A stretch of 58,568 nt of DNA from Octopus bimaculoides. Lineage: Eukaryota. The number at the start of each line of letters is the position of its first letter. The stretch's first letter is position 1. Under the pieces are notes generated by a model. That model made no database searches, had not been told where the DNA came from, and saw only the letters and a list, made by a program, of their open reading frames with translations. This document shows positions 37,297-50,978 of this stretch, piece after piece. The position numbers and the translations under genes were made by a program. The stretch is from positions 32,871,993 to 32,930,560 of the forward strand of contig NC_068992.1 of assembly GCF_001194135.2 (NCBI RefSeq), given 5' to 3'.

Positions 37297-39279
37297 AGCG
37301 ATAAATTCACTCCAGAATGTAAGGGTACTACTAAGCGTGAATAAACTAGCATTCTTTAGTATTATTCTTTTACGTAATGTGTCACTATTTCTCACCAAAT
37401 ATTTATGGTTGTTTTTAGTCTGAACTAGTGCTAAATGTCTGTATTTTTTTATTTTGATTCACAGTATATACTGCGGTGTTCTTATCATAAATAAAACATT
37501 TATATATCAGTTACTTTTTCAGAAATTATTCATTTTTTTTGCTATTATCCATCAAATCGAATATCTCAATTTTCCAATTTTTAGTTGAATTTATTTTTTG
37601 TGAAGCACAGGATAGTATTTCAAATACTCTTCAAATTTTGCATTGAGCATTGTTTTTATAAAAATAATTTCCATTTCTTCCCCTCTTTATTTAAAGTTTT
37701 TATATAATGCTATATCTTTTATTTCCTTCATCTGTAAGTAAACTATCTAATATCTTTATATCACATCATTGTAGTTGATAGATACTTATATTTATTTAAT
37801 AATGAATTTAAATTAAACGAGTGGTTTTTTCAAGCTAAAAATGAACTGCAGGTTTTCATTAATAATAGATTAAATTTAAAATCGAAGAGTGATAACATAG
37901 TCTACTAAGTTGGATGTATTCGATGATATTTACAAAATTGTTCACCATTGGTTTTATTTTTCGTATTTTTCACCTATAATGAAAGTGTGTGTGTCTCTAC
38001 CCGAGAAACAATGCTTTTTCAATATAATTTAAACAATATATAAGTCATTATGTTCCGATATTGTTTATCAGTGTATATATATTTTAGCATGTGTAAATAT
38101 TCGTATTTATTAATACATGTGTGTTTTTATGAGTCTCAGCCATAGTACCGTCCATACATATATTGACGGCTTACTGCCATTATTGGCGCTTAATCTGAAA
38201 CAACCATCTGACACATTTTCTTTTTTTTAGCTATCGTCTGATTTTCTTCTTTCGTTAAACACTCTAGCCTATTTAAAGACTGAAACATCTTTGAAATTTC
38301 AGAATCAGTTTTTGTTATATCATGACAATCTTTCCTCCTGTGTTCATATCAGAACAAATATCGAATAATAGTTTCCTGGGTGAAGTTTAGTTGTCTTGGC
38401 CTAATTCTTAGAAGTTTCACTTTAAGCTCCGTGCCACAATAAGCTGTTGTCCATCCACCACCATAGAAGTCAGCACTACATTTACGACCAGGGTTCTTTG
38501 AAAAAACCTTCACTCAACATAGATATGGTGAGCCAGTTGTTACGATACAGCAGCGTCACATTTAATCGATATCAACCTTCAGTGTCCCCGTGTGTGCTGT
38601 CACCGCTCCTTTATATCGCAACCAATCTGTAAACTTCTCTTCAAAGCATTTTCTCAATTCCTGTAAAATTGATGTCTTTTCTACTGTAAAAAGATTTCCT
38701 TCTTCCTTCCACATACGCGATGCTATATTTTAATTTTGTACACAATGTCTGATAATGACGTTAGAAACCATTGTTGATTCTAAACTTTCGCGATTACTTA
38801 CTAACTCCTGACTTGGCTAGAAACTATTAGCTAAGTTTTTCATTGTTTCTCGATAAAACTGCATACTTATTTTCATTTATTTCTCATCAAATATATACAT
38901 ACAATTTTATAAGTTTATTAAAATATTTTAACTTCGGTGTCTGATCAGCACATATTTCTTTTTATATATGCAAACTATCGCAAATGATTAGACATAATAT
39001 GTGTCAAAAAGAGGGAAAGAACAAAGCATAGATTTCGCATTTCTCAGAACGACACGAGACACAACCCAAAAGCGGCAAATAAAATTTGCCTCGTTCTCAT
39101 TACCTGAAGTGAATCATGAAACACAGATGCTTCCTGTTTCAGTTACAACCGGCAAAGACAAGCCGATTTACCCATGCAAACAATAACAGCTACATGACCA
39201 TCTTTTACATGAGGATGGGGACCAGACGAAGGACCATTGAGGTAAGATTATTCCTTCCTGTTGTGTCGACGCCCCCAGA

Positions 39280-40920
39280 CGATGATTTAGATATAGAGGG
39301 AGAAGTCTAGACGTCGGGTAGTTGAGTGAGTTGGCATTTGTATTTTTGGCTGGAGGAGGGCGTTGAGTGCGGTGAGTTGGTTTGATTTGCGCCTTGTTGA
39401 AAATTGTTTAAAGAATTATTGTTGAAATATTATTGTTAATATTTATTGTTGAAGATTGTTTTCCTACCCAATTGCAGTATGGAATCAGGAACTACGCTGC
39501 GGCAGCAGGCAAAAGCCTGTCTGCCGACGCAATGCATATGAAAGAGATTCATATCAAGAAAAATAATTTAGAAAAATTCAAACATTTATTTAAGAAGAAA
39601 GTAATACCACCAAGAGAAGCAATTGAACGAGCAGAAAAGAAAATCATAGTATACAGAACGCTTAATGTCGAGACTAAAAAATTTGAAAAAGCAGAAATTG
39701 AGGAGATAGAGCTGTGTTTAAGTGAGGTTAAGCCATTAGCCACGTTCTATGCAAAAGGTAGAAAGTACGGCACGGTAGAGGAGCGCTTTACGAGTGAAGA
39801 GGAGGCAAAAAAGCACTCTACTGTACCCTTGAGAACGGCTAGGTGCGCACGTTTGCCTACCTATTGTGGAAAAAGAGCCGTAAGAGTAAGAATTGGTCGA
39901 GTACCTCCGGAAACAAACCCACAATGGCTGGTTGCAGCCTTTATTTATAACTGCAAAGATGCAATGGAAGTTCTAAGAGTCGAAAAGTCAAGACAGATCA
40001 ACTGGTGGGCTTTTGGTGTAGAGGTATTTGTCCATATAACCCTGCAAGACCTGCATAATATAACCGAAGAATTGGTGCTCCCCGACAAAACTTGACTGAG
40101 AGTTGACCACCAATATGTTACCAATGTAAAAATAGGGGACACATGCAAGCAAGGTGACCCCTAAGAGAAGTACAGACGGAGGAAACAATGGTCAGTGAAG
40201 AAGCAGTGGTGGAAGAAGAAAAATAGGTGGAGGAAACAGCGGGAGAGAGAAACAGGGCATGAGTCGATTCACCGCCAAAAAGCCCCAAGAAAAAGAAAGG
40301 AAAAAAAGAATGCAACTGAGAATGAAGAAAGCACAGAGAAGCAAACTTCAGAACCCGAGGAAGCAGAGATTAACTTAGAAAATGTAGCAAAAATGCAGAG
40401 AATTATGGAGTGGGAGGAAGATTGGAGTGGCAGTTAGAACATGTGGTGAGAACAAGAAGTAAATTGAGAACGTTGATATTCTACCAAAAAGAAATGAAAA
40501 TAGAGAAGAAGATAGTGAAGATCAAAGGTTTAATAAGAGTAAAGTTGGACACAGAGATGTTTGAGGCAAATCAAAGAGCAGTGCTGGTGGGGAAGGATAG
40601 ACTGGAGTAGTTGATACAGTTGTTCCCTGATAAAATAACATATCGTCAAATATATGTTCGGTACGAAAATCTGCCTAATGTAATTGGGTTAGAGGACGTG
40701 ACCGAACATATAACAGATGAAGATGGTGACCAAAAACAAACAGTATAAATAGAACGGTAAAATGAAGCTGCGAGTTTTGGTGGGGTTCATAAACCATTCC
40801 ATCCTTTCATTATAAATATTCCATTTTATACTCATCATTTGCTATATGTACCCCACGTTTTGTGTTGTCTATCCTTGTATTGTCTCTTCTTTGTTAAGGC
40901 TACATGCCTGTAATAAAGAT
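39280..40920 (+). mobile_element. L1/Tx1-like element carrying only a gag-like ORF1
   Basis: Probable start ATG at 39479 with NYAAAA, ORF 39433-40095, CYQCKNRGHMQAR* zinc knuckle at about 40118-40160, E/K-rich linker, stop at about 40748, pyrimidine-rich 3' UTR and AATAAA at 40912. No endonuclease or RT motifs. Confidence 0.7.
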
Positions 40921-41499
40921 TCATAGTTGAGTAGAGGTCATCCGAACGTGCGATATAACACTTCCCTACCTTTCCAAAATAAATTAAACTTGCTCTACAT
41001 GTTAAACAGAAAATACTTTTCCTGGAGAAGAACTTAAATTATATGAAGAGAAAAATGGCATAGTGGTGCCAACACTAATCTAAAAGAAATGAAATTCAGT
41101 CTTTCACAAGATTAAAAAAAAAACTCTACAAAGAGTTAAATAAGATGCAGAGAGTGTATCGAAACAAACTACGGAATGTAAGAAAATTTAAACCACATAA
41201 AAAGAATAGGATAATAATTCAAGTTTCAAGCAGAATATTAATTTCCAAAGATACAGAAAACATAACTCCCTACTTGAAAGCTCCGGTTGAAAGACTTTGG
41301 AATCGACAGCTATGAAGAATGAAAAAGGACACTAAATTGGGGGCTAAACCAGGAATGTCAAAGGATTCTCATCAACCTGAGAGGGGTTTCATTTCTTGTC
41401 TTAACTGTTGTGCATTTTGTCATACTTTATTTTTTATTTACTTCCGTGTAGCATTTGAACTTGACCTTTCGTTTGTTTTTTCGTTCCAAATTGAAATTC

Positions 41500-42516
41500 C
41501 TCTGTGATTGACTATGTTTTTCTTCCTTGATGGGTCGATAAAGTAAGTACCAGTTAGGCACTGGAATCAAGGTAATGGATTTAACCCATATTCCAAAATC
41601 GGTGGACGTGTCAGAATTTGAAACAAATATTATTATTATGATTTAAGGTGGTGAGCTGACAGAATCGTTAGCACGACGAACAAATGCTTAGCGGCATTTC
41701 ATTTGTCTTCACCTTCTGAGTTCAAATTCCGCCGCGGTCAAGTTCGTCTTCCACCATTTCGAAGTTAATAAAATAGGTACCAGTAGACTAATTGGGTTGA
41801 TGTATTCGACTTAACCCCTCCTGAAAATTCCTGGCCTTGTGTCAAAATTTGGCGGTGAGCTGGTAGAATCGTCAGCACGACAGCAAAAATACTTAGCAGC
41901 ATTTCGTCCGTATTTACCGTCTAGTACAAATTCCACCGAGGTTGACATTGTTTTTCATTCTTTCAGGATCAATAGAATAAGTACCAGTTGTGTACTAGGG
42001 ATGACTTAATCGACTATTCCTATCGCCCAATATTTCAGACCTTGTGTCTATAATAGAAAGGAATAGTATTATAATTAAAGTGGGAAGCTGGCAGAATTGT
42101 TAGCATGCCGCACAAAATGCTTAGGGGAATTTCCTGTGTCTTTACATTTTCAGTTCAAATTCCACCGAGGTCGACTTTAGATTTCATCTTCTCGGGTATC
42201 GATAAATTATTAAGTAACAATTGATCACTGGGGCCGATATAATTGACTTACCCACTTCCCCCAAATCGCTGGCCTTGTGCCAAAATTTGAAATCGCTATT
42301 ATTGTTATGATTTAAAACTGTGAGCTAGCAGAATCATTAGCATTTCATCCGTGTTTACGTTCTGAGTGCAAAGTACCCCCGAGGTCGTCTTTGTCTTTCA
42401 TCATTTCAGTGTCAATAAAAATAAGTACTAGTTGAGCACTGGGGCTAGTTTGATTGGATAGACCTTTCCCCCATAATTTCAGGCCTTGTGCCAATTGTAC
42501 AAAGGATAATTATTAA
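41500..42516 (+). mobile_element. Head-to-tail stack of five SINE B copies
   Basis: Starts at about 41500 (5' truncated), 41646, 41851, 42077 and 42315, mostly separated by ATT-rich tails. Confidence 0.88.
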
Positions 42517-43139
42517 TTGCTAATCTTTTATACATAAAATTTAATGTCTTTCTTTGAAATCCATCACATTTTCATTCCCAGCACTCACTAGAAATTCGTT
42601 TTCATTTGAATGTCAACATTTTCCTTGGCATCGAACTTAAATTTCACATTTCACTCGACATTCATCAATGAAATTTAATTAATATTTGTTTCTTATTATA
42701 TAATGGTTTTATTAACCATAAATTTTCCGTAAAATCTTGTTTTATTACTTCCAATTTTCATTCAATTACATTTTCCATTCATACTAATTTAGAGTTAATC
42801 AATGTGCTGGCATGAGTATATATATATGTGTGTGTGTATGACTGTGTGTATATTGTAATGTATATGCAAATAAACTTAACACACTAGAATGTAAAGACAT
42901 AAATCATTCCATCTCTAATAATAGTACAATTACCACGCGCACGCGCGCACTCACACGCACAGGTAGGTAGAGAGACAGATAATACACACACACATACATA
43001 CATACACTTAGTTCCGTGTATAATTTTTATGGTTAGTATTATGATAAAAACTTCATAACGTTTTCATTTCCTGGATTGATTGAAAGATGAGAAATGAAAA
43101 GTATTAAATACGGATGTATGTGTATGTATTGATGGATGG

Positions 43140-43279
43140 ATAAATGGATGAATGGATAAATATATATATGCGTGCGTGTGTGTGTGCATACATATATGCA
43201 CATACATATACATATACACGCACACACACACACATATATATGTATACGTACGTTTATATCTATATATACATATACTTGT

Positions 43280-43334
<55 letters not shown>

Positions 43335-43400
43335 AATATATACATATATAAACACACCCACATACATGCACACATGTACACATACATATATTAGAGTGTG
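43140..43400. repeat. (TA)n/(CA)n compound microsatellite; similar tracts at 20764-21500, 44770-45347 and 48360-48500
   Basis: Directly visible. Confidence 0.95.
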
Positions 43401-43564
43401 TGTATATCTATATCGATCTACTAGTGCTATTATGAAAGTCTTTTCACAAACACGTAGTTCTGTCCTATTGCGCAGCATCTTCGGTAAGCATTTCCACAGT
43501 AGCCCTGTACCTATGTACTACCTAAGTCTTGGGAGTGGGAATATATGTATGAATGTATGCTGTT

Positions 43565-43792
43565 GTATGTGTATCCCCTTGCTCTTGTTTTGACATCCCA
43601 AGCAAGCCTTAAACAAACCAGACCACAAGTTGTGCCCTGTGTCTCTAATCGTTCGTTAAACCTTGTCCGGCAAACTTGGGTGCAAGTCAGAGTTGGTGAG
43701 AGAAAAGCCATTCAGCTGCAGAAACTCTTCTTCAATCGATTTCGTTTGACCTAAGGAAATATGGAAACGTAAACTTTTAATGATGATAATAA
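43565..43792 (+). mobile_element. SINE 3' portion with an RTE-like tail
   Basis: GCCATTCAGCTGCAGAAACTC...ATATGGAAACGTAAACTTTTAATGATGAT resembles the RTE 3' end at 46644-46800 (GCATCCAGCTGTAGAAACTC...GCATGGAAAGCGGACGTTAAACGATGATG). Confidence 0.55.
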
Positions 43793-43880
43793 TGATATAG
43801 TATATGCCTACTGTTAAATATGCGTCTTTTAATCAAAGATATTTCACTTCGCTTCAGAAACAGACAATCCCACACATAAG

Positions 43881-44771
43881 TACGAGGTTGGTATCAAAAT
43901 ATTCTTGGACTAGTTCTGTAGCACTCCAATAGATGGCAGCACACGGTTGCGTGTGCAATGAAACCTACCAGTGTCTTTCATGAGGCAGTGTTCCGACTGA
44001 CATCACTGTGTTTACTTCACAAGTTGGCAAATTTGTGTTATTGTGATTGTGATCACGTGTATATTGTAGTCTGCGATTTTCTCATGGACAGGAAGTTGGA
44101 AGAAAAGGCCAACGTAAAACTTGGGAAGTTTAACGCAAAATTTGCGTCACCGATGACGCGACTTCATTTACAGGTACGACCCTGAGACGAAGCAGCAGCC
44201 ATCACAATGGAAGAGTCCTTCGTCTCCATGACCGAAGAAGGCACGACAGAACTGTAGCTCAATGAAGAGCATGTTCATTTTCTTTTTCCTTTTTTTACAT
44301 TCATGGTATTGTGCATCGAGAATTCGTCCTCCGGGGCCAGACAGTCAATCTAGAGTTCTTCTGCGGCGTTTGATGGAGTACATTCGGCGAAAGCGACCGG
44401 ATATATGAAGCGCGAAGAATTGGATTCTTCACAAGATTGTACCCAGTCACCAAGCTATCCTCACTCATAAGTTTCTTGCCAAAAACACAATATCGCTTCC
44501 GCACCCGCCCTGTTTGCCAGATTTAGCTCCTGCTGATTTCCAGCTCTTCCCCCAAGATGAAGATGCAGCTCAAAGATCACCATTTTAATACTGTTGTCGA
44601 GATCAGGGGCTTGGATACAGAAAATGACTTCCAGGCTCGATTCCAAGAGTGGCAGAAATACTGGAGCCGATGTGTTGCTGCGCAAGGTTCCAATTTCGAA
44701 GGAGATGTTGCCAAAACTTAGGCAAATGAGATATTTTAACTAATCTGGAAACATTTTGATACAGCCTTGTA
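43881..44771 (+). mobile_element. Internally deleted mariner, about 890 bp, different family from 36089
   Basis: TIRs TACGAGGTTGGTATCAAAATAT and CATTTTGATACAGCCTTGTA. SQWKSPSSP*PKKARQ and LPHPPCLPDLAPADFQLFPKMK. Confidence 0.88.
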
Positions 44772-46643
44772 TGCATACATACATACATACATACATACAT
44801 AAATATGTATATATGTGTGTATCTACATATATACATATTCCTTTTACCCTTTATCATTTACTTGTTTCAGTAACAAAGCATTGGTTGATCTAATTATATA
44901 ATAGAAGGGACTGAACACGAAACTGGCTGGTTGCAAAATGTGTGTATATGCATGAATATGCATGTATGAATATGTATGTGTATGTATCTATGTATGTGTG
45001 TGTGTATGTATGTGTATGTCGCTGTATGTATATATATGTATGCATATAAATATATGAGTATGTGTATATATATATGTGTGCATGTATGTTTATATATATA
45101 TATATAGACATATATATATATGTATGTAGACATATATATATGTATACATATATATGTATGTATATATATATATATCTATATAAATATATGTATGTATACA
45201 TATGTATGTATGCATGTACGTATGTTTGTATGCATGTATGTATGTTTGTATGCATGTATGTATGTATGTATGTATTTATGTATATGCAGAGCAGCAGCGA
45301 CAGAGGGAGAAAGAGATAGAGTGGGAAAAATATATATGCAAATATATNNNNNNNNNNNNNNNNNNNNNNNNNNNNNNNNNNNNNNNNNNNNNNNNNNNNN
45401 NNNNNNNNNNNNNNNNNNNNNNNNNNNNNNNNNNNNNNNNNNNNNNNNNNNNNNNNNNNNNNNNNNNNNNNNNNNNNNNNNNNNNNNNNNNNNNNNNNNN
45501 NNNNNNNNNNNNNNNNNNNNNNNNNNNNNNNNNNNNNNNNNNNNNNNNNNNNNNNNNNNNNNNNNNNNNNNNNNNNNNNNNNNNNNNNNNNNNNNNNNNN
45601 NNNNNNNNNNNNNNNNNNNNNNNNNNNNNNNNNNNNNNNNNNNNNNNNNNNNNNNNNNNNNNNNNNNNNNNNNNNNNNNNNNNNNNNNNNNNNNNNNNNN
45701 NNNNNNNNNNNNNNNNNNNNNNNNNNNNNNNNNNNNNNNNNNNNNNNNNNNNNNNNNNNNNNNNNNNNNNNNNNNNNNNNNNNNNNNNNNNNNNNNNNNN
45801 NNNNNNNNNNNNNNNNNNNNNNNNNNNNNNNNNNNNNNNNNNNNNNNNNNNNNNNNNNNNNNNNNNNNNNNNNNNNNNNNNNNNNNNNNNNNNNNNNNNN
45901 NNNNNNNNNNNNNNNNNNNNNNNNNNNNNNNNNNNNNNNNNNNNNNNNNNNNNNNNNNNNNNNNNNNNNNACTGAATGTATTGATTACATCACTATTATT
46001 CACATATTAATTAAGCTAATATTGGTATCTCAAAGTGTCCATACTTAGTATATGTAAAACAATACTGATACATTATTCTGATTAATGAAAACTATAAATA
46101 AACGCATACTGTATCTGTACATATATAGCAATTTTTTTTTTTTGTACACTGTTGACCTAGGAGCCTTATGTTAAACTTCCCCTGCTACATTATAAACTGG
46201 TCTGCTAGTAGTAAAAAAAAAACCAAACTATAATAGTGGTGTCACTAAAACCAAAAGAATTTTTATAACCATATCCATGTATATTGTTTACCCCTTCCCT
46301 TTCCTTATAAAGAAAAGGCTGGTGCCCTCTTAAGCTTTAAATCATTAGGTCTCATAAGATGAAACAAAAAAAATAAATAAATAAAATCAGTGACAGTTAA
46401 AATTCTGCTTAGAATTATTAACTAGCCTGTTTGGTCTGGCTAAGTCAAAATGTTTTTTTTGTATTCTTCCTTCCCACTTGGATTGTTTAAATGTAGTTAC
46501 AATAATATGTCCTTCTACTGAAATTAAACTTCAGTAAATCTTCTGTAACTTTGTGCAGCTGAAGATTGCTCTGCATTTTACATTTAATGTAATGCTCACA
46601 TTGCTTAAATAAATGGAGTCGCATATACTATATATACTATATA

Positions 46644-48111
46644 TCATCATCATCATCATCATCATCATCGTTTAACGTCCGCTTTCCATGCTAGCATGAG
46701 TTGGACGATTTGACTGAGGACTGGTGAAACCGGATGGCAACACCAGGCTCCAATCTAATTTGGCAGAGTTTCTACAGCTGGATGCACTTCCTAACGCCAA
46801 CCACTCAGAGAGTGTAGTGGGTGCTTTTACGTGTCACTCGCACGAAGGCCAGTCAGGCGGTATTGGCAACGGCCACGCTCAAAATGGTGCAACTTATGTA
46901 CCACCCGCATAAGAGCCAGTCCAGGGGCACTGGCAACGATCTCACTTGGCTTGCCGGGTTTTCTCACGCACAGCACATTTCCAAAGGTCTCGGTCAGTAG
47001 TCATCGCCTCGGTGAGGCCCAATGTACGAAGGTCTTGCCTCACCACCTCAGCCCTGGTCTCTTTGGGCCTACCTCTTCCGCGGGTTCCCTCAACTGTTAG
47101 GGTGTGGCACTTTTTCACGCAGCTATCCTCATCCATTCTCACCACATGGCCATACCAGCGCAATCGTCTCTCTTGCACACCACAACTGATGCTTCTAATG
47201 TTCAGCTTTTCTCTCAAGATACTTACACTCTGACGGGTATTCACATTGACATTATACATCCAACAGAGCATACTAGCTTCATTCCTTGCGAGCTTACGCN
47301 NNNNNNNNNNNNNNNNNNNNNNNNNNNNNNNNNNNNNNNNNNNNNNNNNNNNNNNNNNNNNNNNNNNNNNNNNNNNNNNNNNNNNNNNNNNNNNNNNNNN
47401 NNNNNNNNNNNNNNNNNNNNNNNNNNNNNNNNNNNNNNNNNNNNNNNNNNNNNNNNNNNNNNNNNNNNNNNNNNNNNNNNNNNNNNNNNNNNNNNNNNNN
47501 NNNNNNNNNNNNNNNNNNNNNNNNNNNNNNNNNNNNNNNNNNNNNNNNNNNNNNNNNNNNNNNNNNNNNNNNNNNNNNNNNNNNNNNNNNNNNNNNNNNN
47601 NNNNNNNNNNNNNNNNNNNNNNNNNNNNNNNNNNNNNNNNNNNNNNNNNNNNNNNNNNNNNNNNNNNNNNNNNNNNNNNNNNNNNNNNNNNNNNNNNNNN
47701 NNNNNNNNNNNNNNNNNNNNNNNNNNNNNNNNNNNNNNNNNNNNNNNNNNNNNNNNNNNNNNNNNNNNNNNNNNNNNNNNNNNNNNNNNNNNNNNNNNNN
47801 NNNNNNNNNNNNNNNNNNNNNNNNNNNNNNNNNNNNNNNNNNNNNNNNNNNNNNNNNNNNNNNNNNNNNNNNNNNNNNNNNNNNNNNNNNNNCTCCATGT
47901 CAACGAATGCCAGGTACAGAGGTTTATCCTTGGCTAGGTATTTCTCCTGCAGCTGTCTTACTAGAAATATGGCATCAGTAGTGCTTTTACCTGGCACGAA
48001 CCCAAACTGCATCTCATCTAAATTTATTCGCTCCCTAATTAGTTGGGCTATGACCCTCTCCGTAACTTTCATAACCTGATCTAACAGCTTGATGCCTCTG
48101 TAATTATTTGT
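46644..48111 (-). mobile_element. RTE-clade LINE, 5' truncated, (GAT)n tail, gap inside RT
   Basis: NYRGIKLLDQVMKV..MQFGFVPGKSTTDAIF..LAFVDME, then RRLRWYGHVVRM..RGRGRP. No stops in the visible portions. Confidence 0.93.
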
Positions 48112-48191
48112 ATATATATAGTAACTAAATGGTATTTACAAATTCGAGTAACACACCAGTTGTCAGGCACGCATATACATATATAAACTGC

Positions 48192-48338
48192 ACGCTTCTT
48201 TCAGTTTCCGTCTACCAAATTCACTCACAAGGCTTTGGGTTACCTGAGGCTAAAGTAGAAGGCGCTGGTCAGTGGGACTGAACCTGATACCATGTGGCTG
48301 GAAAGCAAGTTCCTTGCCACACACCCACGCCTGCGCCT
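48192..48338 (-). mobile_element. SINE family A copy
   Basis: GCTTCTTTCAGTTTCCGTCTACCAAAT...CCTGCGCCT. Confidence 0.85.
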
Positions 48339-48559
48339 ATATGAGTGTGTATGTGTATGTGCATCGTCATCATCGTCATCATCATCATCATCATTATTAT
48401 CATTATCATCATCATAATTATCATTATTATTATTATTATTTTTATAATTATTATCATCATCATCATCATCATTATCATTATTATTATTATCATTATTATC
48501 TTATATGTGCACACACAAGTATGTGTATGTGTTTGTGTGTGTGTAAGTGTGTACATATA

Positions 48560-48760
48560 TATGATGACGAGGGCAGGGTCAGTTCTTCGTGCCTGAAGAT
48601 CACGTGGAGAGCAGCAAGCCCTTAAGTGACTATGTATGTAAACCGGTCCTTGAACGAAAGGTTCTGTCACATTTGGGACAAATAAACAAGCTACCATCTG
48701 TTGGAAAGGGCATGTGATGATGCCTCTTTCTGCTTCTTTTCATTTCTAATTCGCGGTTGT
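48560..48760 (-). mobile_element. 3'-terminal fragment of a second RTE-type LINE
   Basis: FICPKCDRTFRSRTGLHT is the RTE C-terminal zinc-finger pattern; followed by a short UTR ending at a CAT repeat. Confidence 0.6.
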
Positions 48761-49089
48761 TCTGGTTTTCTCTAAATATATCCAGTCTGAGCAGTAAATG
48801 TGCAGCAATAAAAATTAAGAACTTCAACTGCAAAAATAAAAACATTGTATTACACATACATGTGGTGATAGCAATTCCGAAATTGAAGAGATCCTGGCTT
48901 TCATTAATTGATTGCATTAAATGTAATAAAGCCTGCATTTGAAATGAAGTAAAAGGTAATATAACCTGAGATTTTATGCTTTCACACAACTAAAAGTGAA
49001 TAGAGTTATATTTGTGATAGATATGGAACGTCTTCTTGGGGATTAAAAGCAAAGTATTTTCCAATTTACAAAGCTACAATTCCTAGTAT

Positions 49090-50110
49090 GTTTATAACAG
49101 TGAACAATTATGAAAATTGAATTAGCACTAAAGAAATATTTAATAAAATTACCAGTTTATTTGATAATAGAATTAAGATTTTAGAGTGTAAAAATTGTGG
49201 TGAATCAATTCGTACTGATAAGCTTGCTGCAGGAAAGTGTTCTGCTTATTGAAGAGGGATATACTGAACAACAAATACTTAAAGAAATGGATTATTTTAG
49301 AAAGAGAGAAAAGTAGCCTTCAAGACGTTACGTTTTGCAAAAATTAAAAATTTCAACAAGGATTTTTATTTGGCAACCATTATTGGTCTCTTTTATCCAA
49401 AGGAAATGCAGACTGAGATTTCCGATTAAAATTAATCGTCATCTATTGTTCTAAAAATTCATGCTCGCTAATTGGTTTCAACTATTGATCCTTTCGTCAT
49501 TATTAGTAAACATAGGCCACCAAGTAGATGGCTTTCAAGATTGGCTTTCTAAGTATTGTTATCCATCTGTTACAGCTGGACAAAAATATGTAGAAAATGT
49601 TTTTACAGTCAATTAATAATATGCAGTAGTATTAAAGTTAAACAAGGCTCATGATCATTATGATTATGTGTGTGAAAAAGTAAGTGGTAATATTGTTATT
49701 AACAAATACAATATACTACAGCCAGAGAACCTAGGAATAATCGCAACTTTTAAAGCATTCTACATACGAGAAACCTTTCCACATGTTATTTCTTAGACAA
49801 AATTGAATGCATTTCTAGTCGACGTCTGGACGGAATATAAAATCAAAAATCAATCAAAAATATTCACCATTTTTAGTAAGAAGTAAGGTCGTATAACGTC
49901 TGTAGTAAAGTTATTTTTCTTGCTACAACAGCCAGATGACTTCTGTTTCAAATGCAAATTGTGCTGAAGAACACGAGGAATAATATTGATTTTGATGAAG
50001 TTGTCTCTCCAAAGATTGTTCAAGTCTCTACAAAAATTATCTAATAATGATCTCACTGTATTACATGAACAAGAAGCTTTTGAATATGCATAAAATGATA
50101 ATGAAGACAG
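49090..50110 (+). mobile_element. Decayed pogo/Tigger transposase
   Basis: CGESIRTDKLAA, EEGYTEQQI, GNAD*DFRLKLIVIYCSKNS (GNAAGDFKLKP..YHSxNP), FQDWL, LQP..LGIIA.FKAFY. Confidence 0.6.
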
Positions 50111-50839
50111 TGGTATTTTTCTTAATTAAAAAATGAAAATATATTGAAAAACCACATCAAATTTTTTAATAATTAAATTTAGTATAAGACATTCACCTAT
50201 TAAAAATTACATTTTCTCATAAAACGCATACATTCAAAAGTCTTTCACATTTATGGGGTCTGCATAAATGATAAGTATGGACAACTGCTTCTTGCAAAAT
50301 CTAATGTATATATTCCACCGAGGCCGACTTTGCTATTCATCCTTTCGGGGTCGATAATTTAAGTACCAGTTGCATACTGAGGTTGCTCCAGTCGACTGAT
50401 CCCCCTCCCCAAAAATGTCGGACCTCGTGCCTAGAGTAGGAAACAATATATAATGTGTATTTCCATTAGGTTTGAAGTAATTAAGTCTTTGAACATAACG
50501 AATGCAATTAATTGAAACACATTATGTCATATGTTGAAACTTGTGTACTATAAATATTAGTATTCATATAGAATGGTGGGACCCGTGAATATTTCATGTA
50601 ATTAATGGTAAGCCTATTGCCAAGGCCAGCACTTCGAGCCAGCTGAACTTCGACGTGTACAAGCTGATGGTCGTGGAAGTTTCCCTATCTTTATTACAAC
50701 CTTTAGTTAAATTGCATATATCTGCAATTAAGCGTAAATATTTTACAGAAGTGCATTTATATGCATGCGTTAAAATAATTAGTGATATAAAAAACTTAGT
50801 TCAATTTTTTTAAAAATACACTTTTCACTATTCAGTCAC

Positions 50840-50916
50840 CACCAGCACCTCCACTGCCACCATCTTCACCACAGCCACCACCATCATCTCTCTCTCCCTC
50901 CTCTCTCTCTCCCTCC

Positions 50917-50971
<55 letters not shown>
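50840..50971 (+). repeat. (CAC)n plus (TC)n microsatellite
   Basis: Directly visible. Confidence 0.95.

Positions 50972-50978
<7 letters not shown>

Noticed and set aside
38100-38800. Minus-strand LQELRKCFEEKFTDWLRYKGAV, transposase-like composition
   Set aside because: Short, interrupted by stops and not assignable to a family.
41500-42516. CRISPR-like or satellite array
   Set aside because: The units are diverged ~200-bp SINE copies, with no repeat-spacer structure, in a eukaryotic context.
46711-46732. CTGAGGACTGGTGAAACC in the RTE 3' UTR
   Set aside because: Stem II cannot form and there are no flanking stems; chance match.
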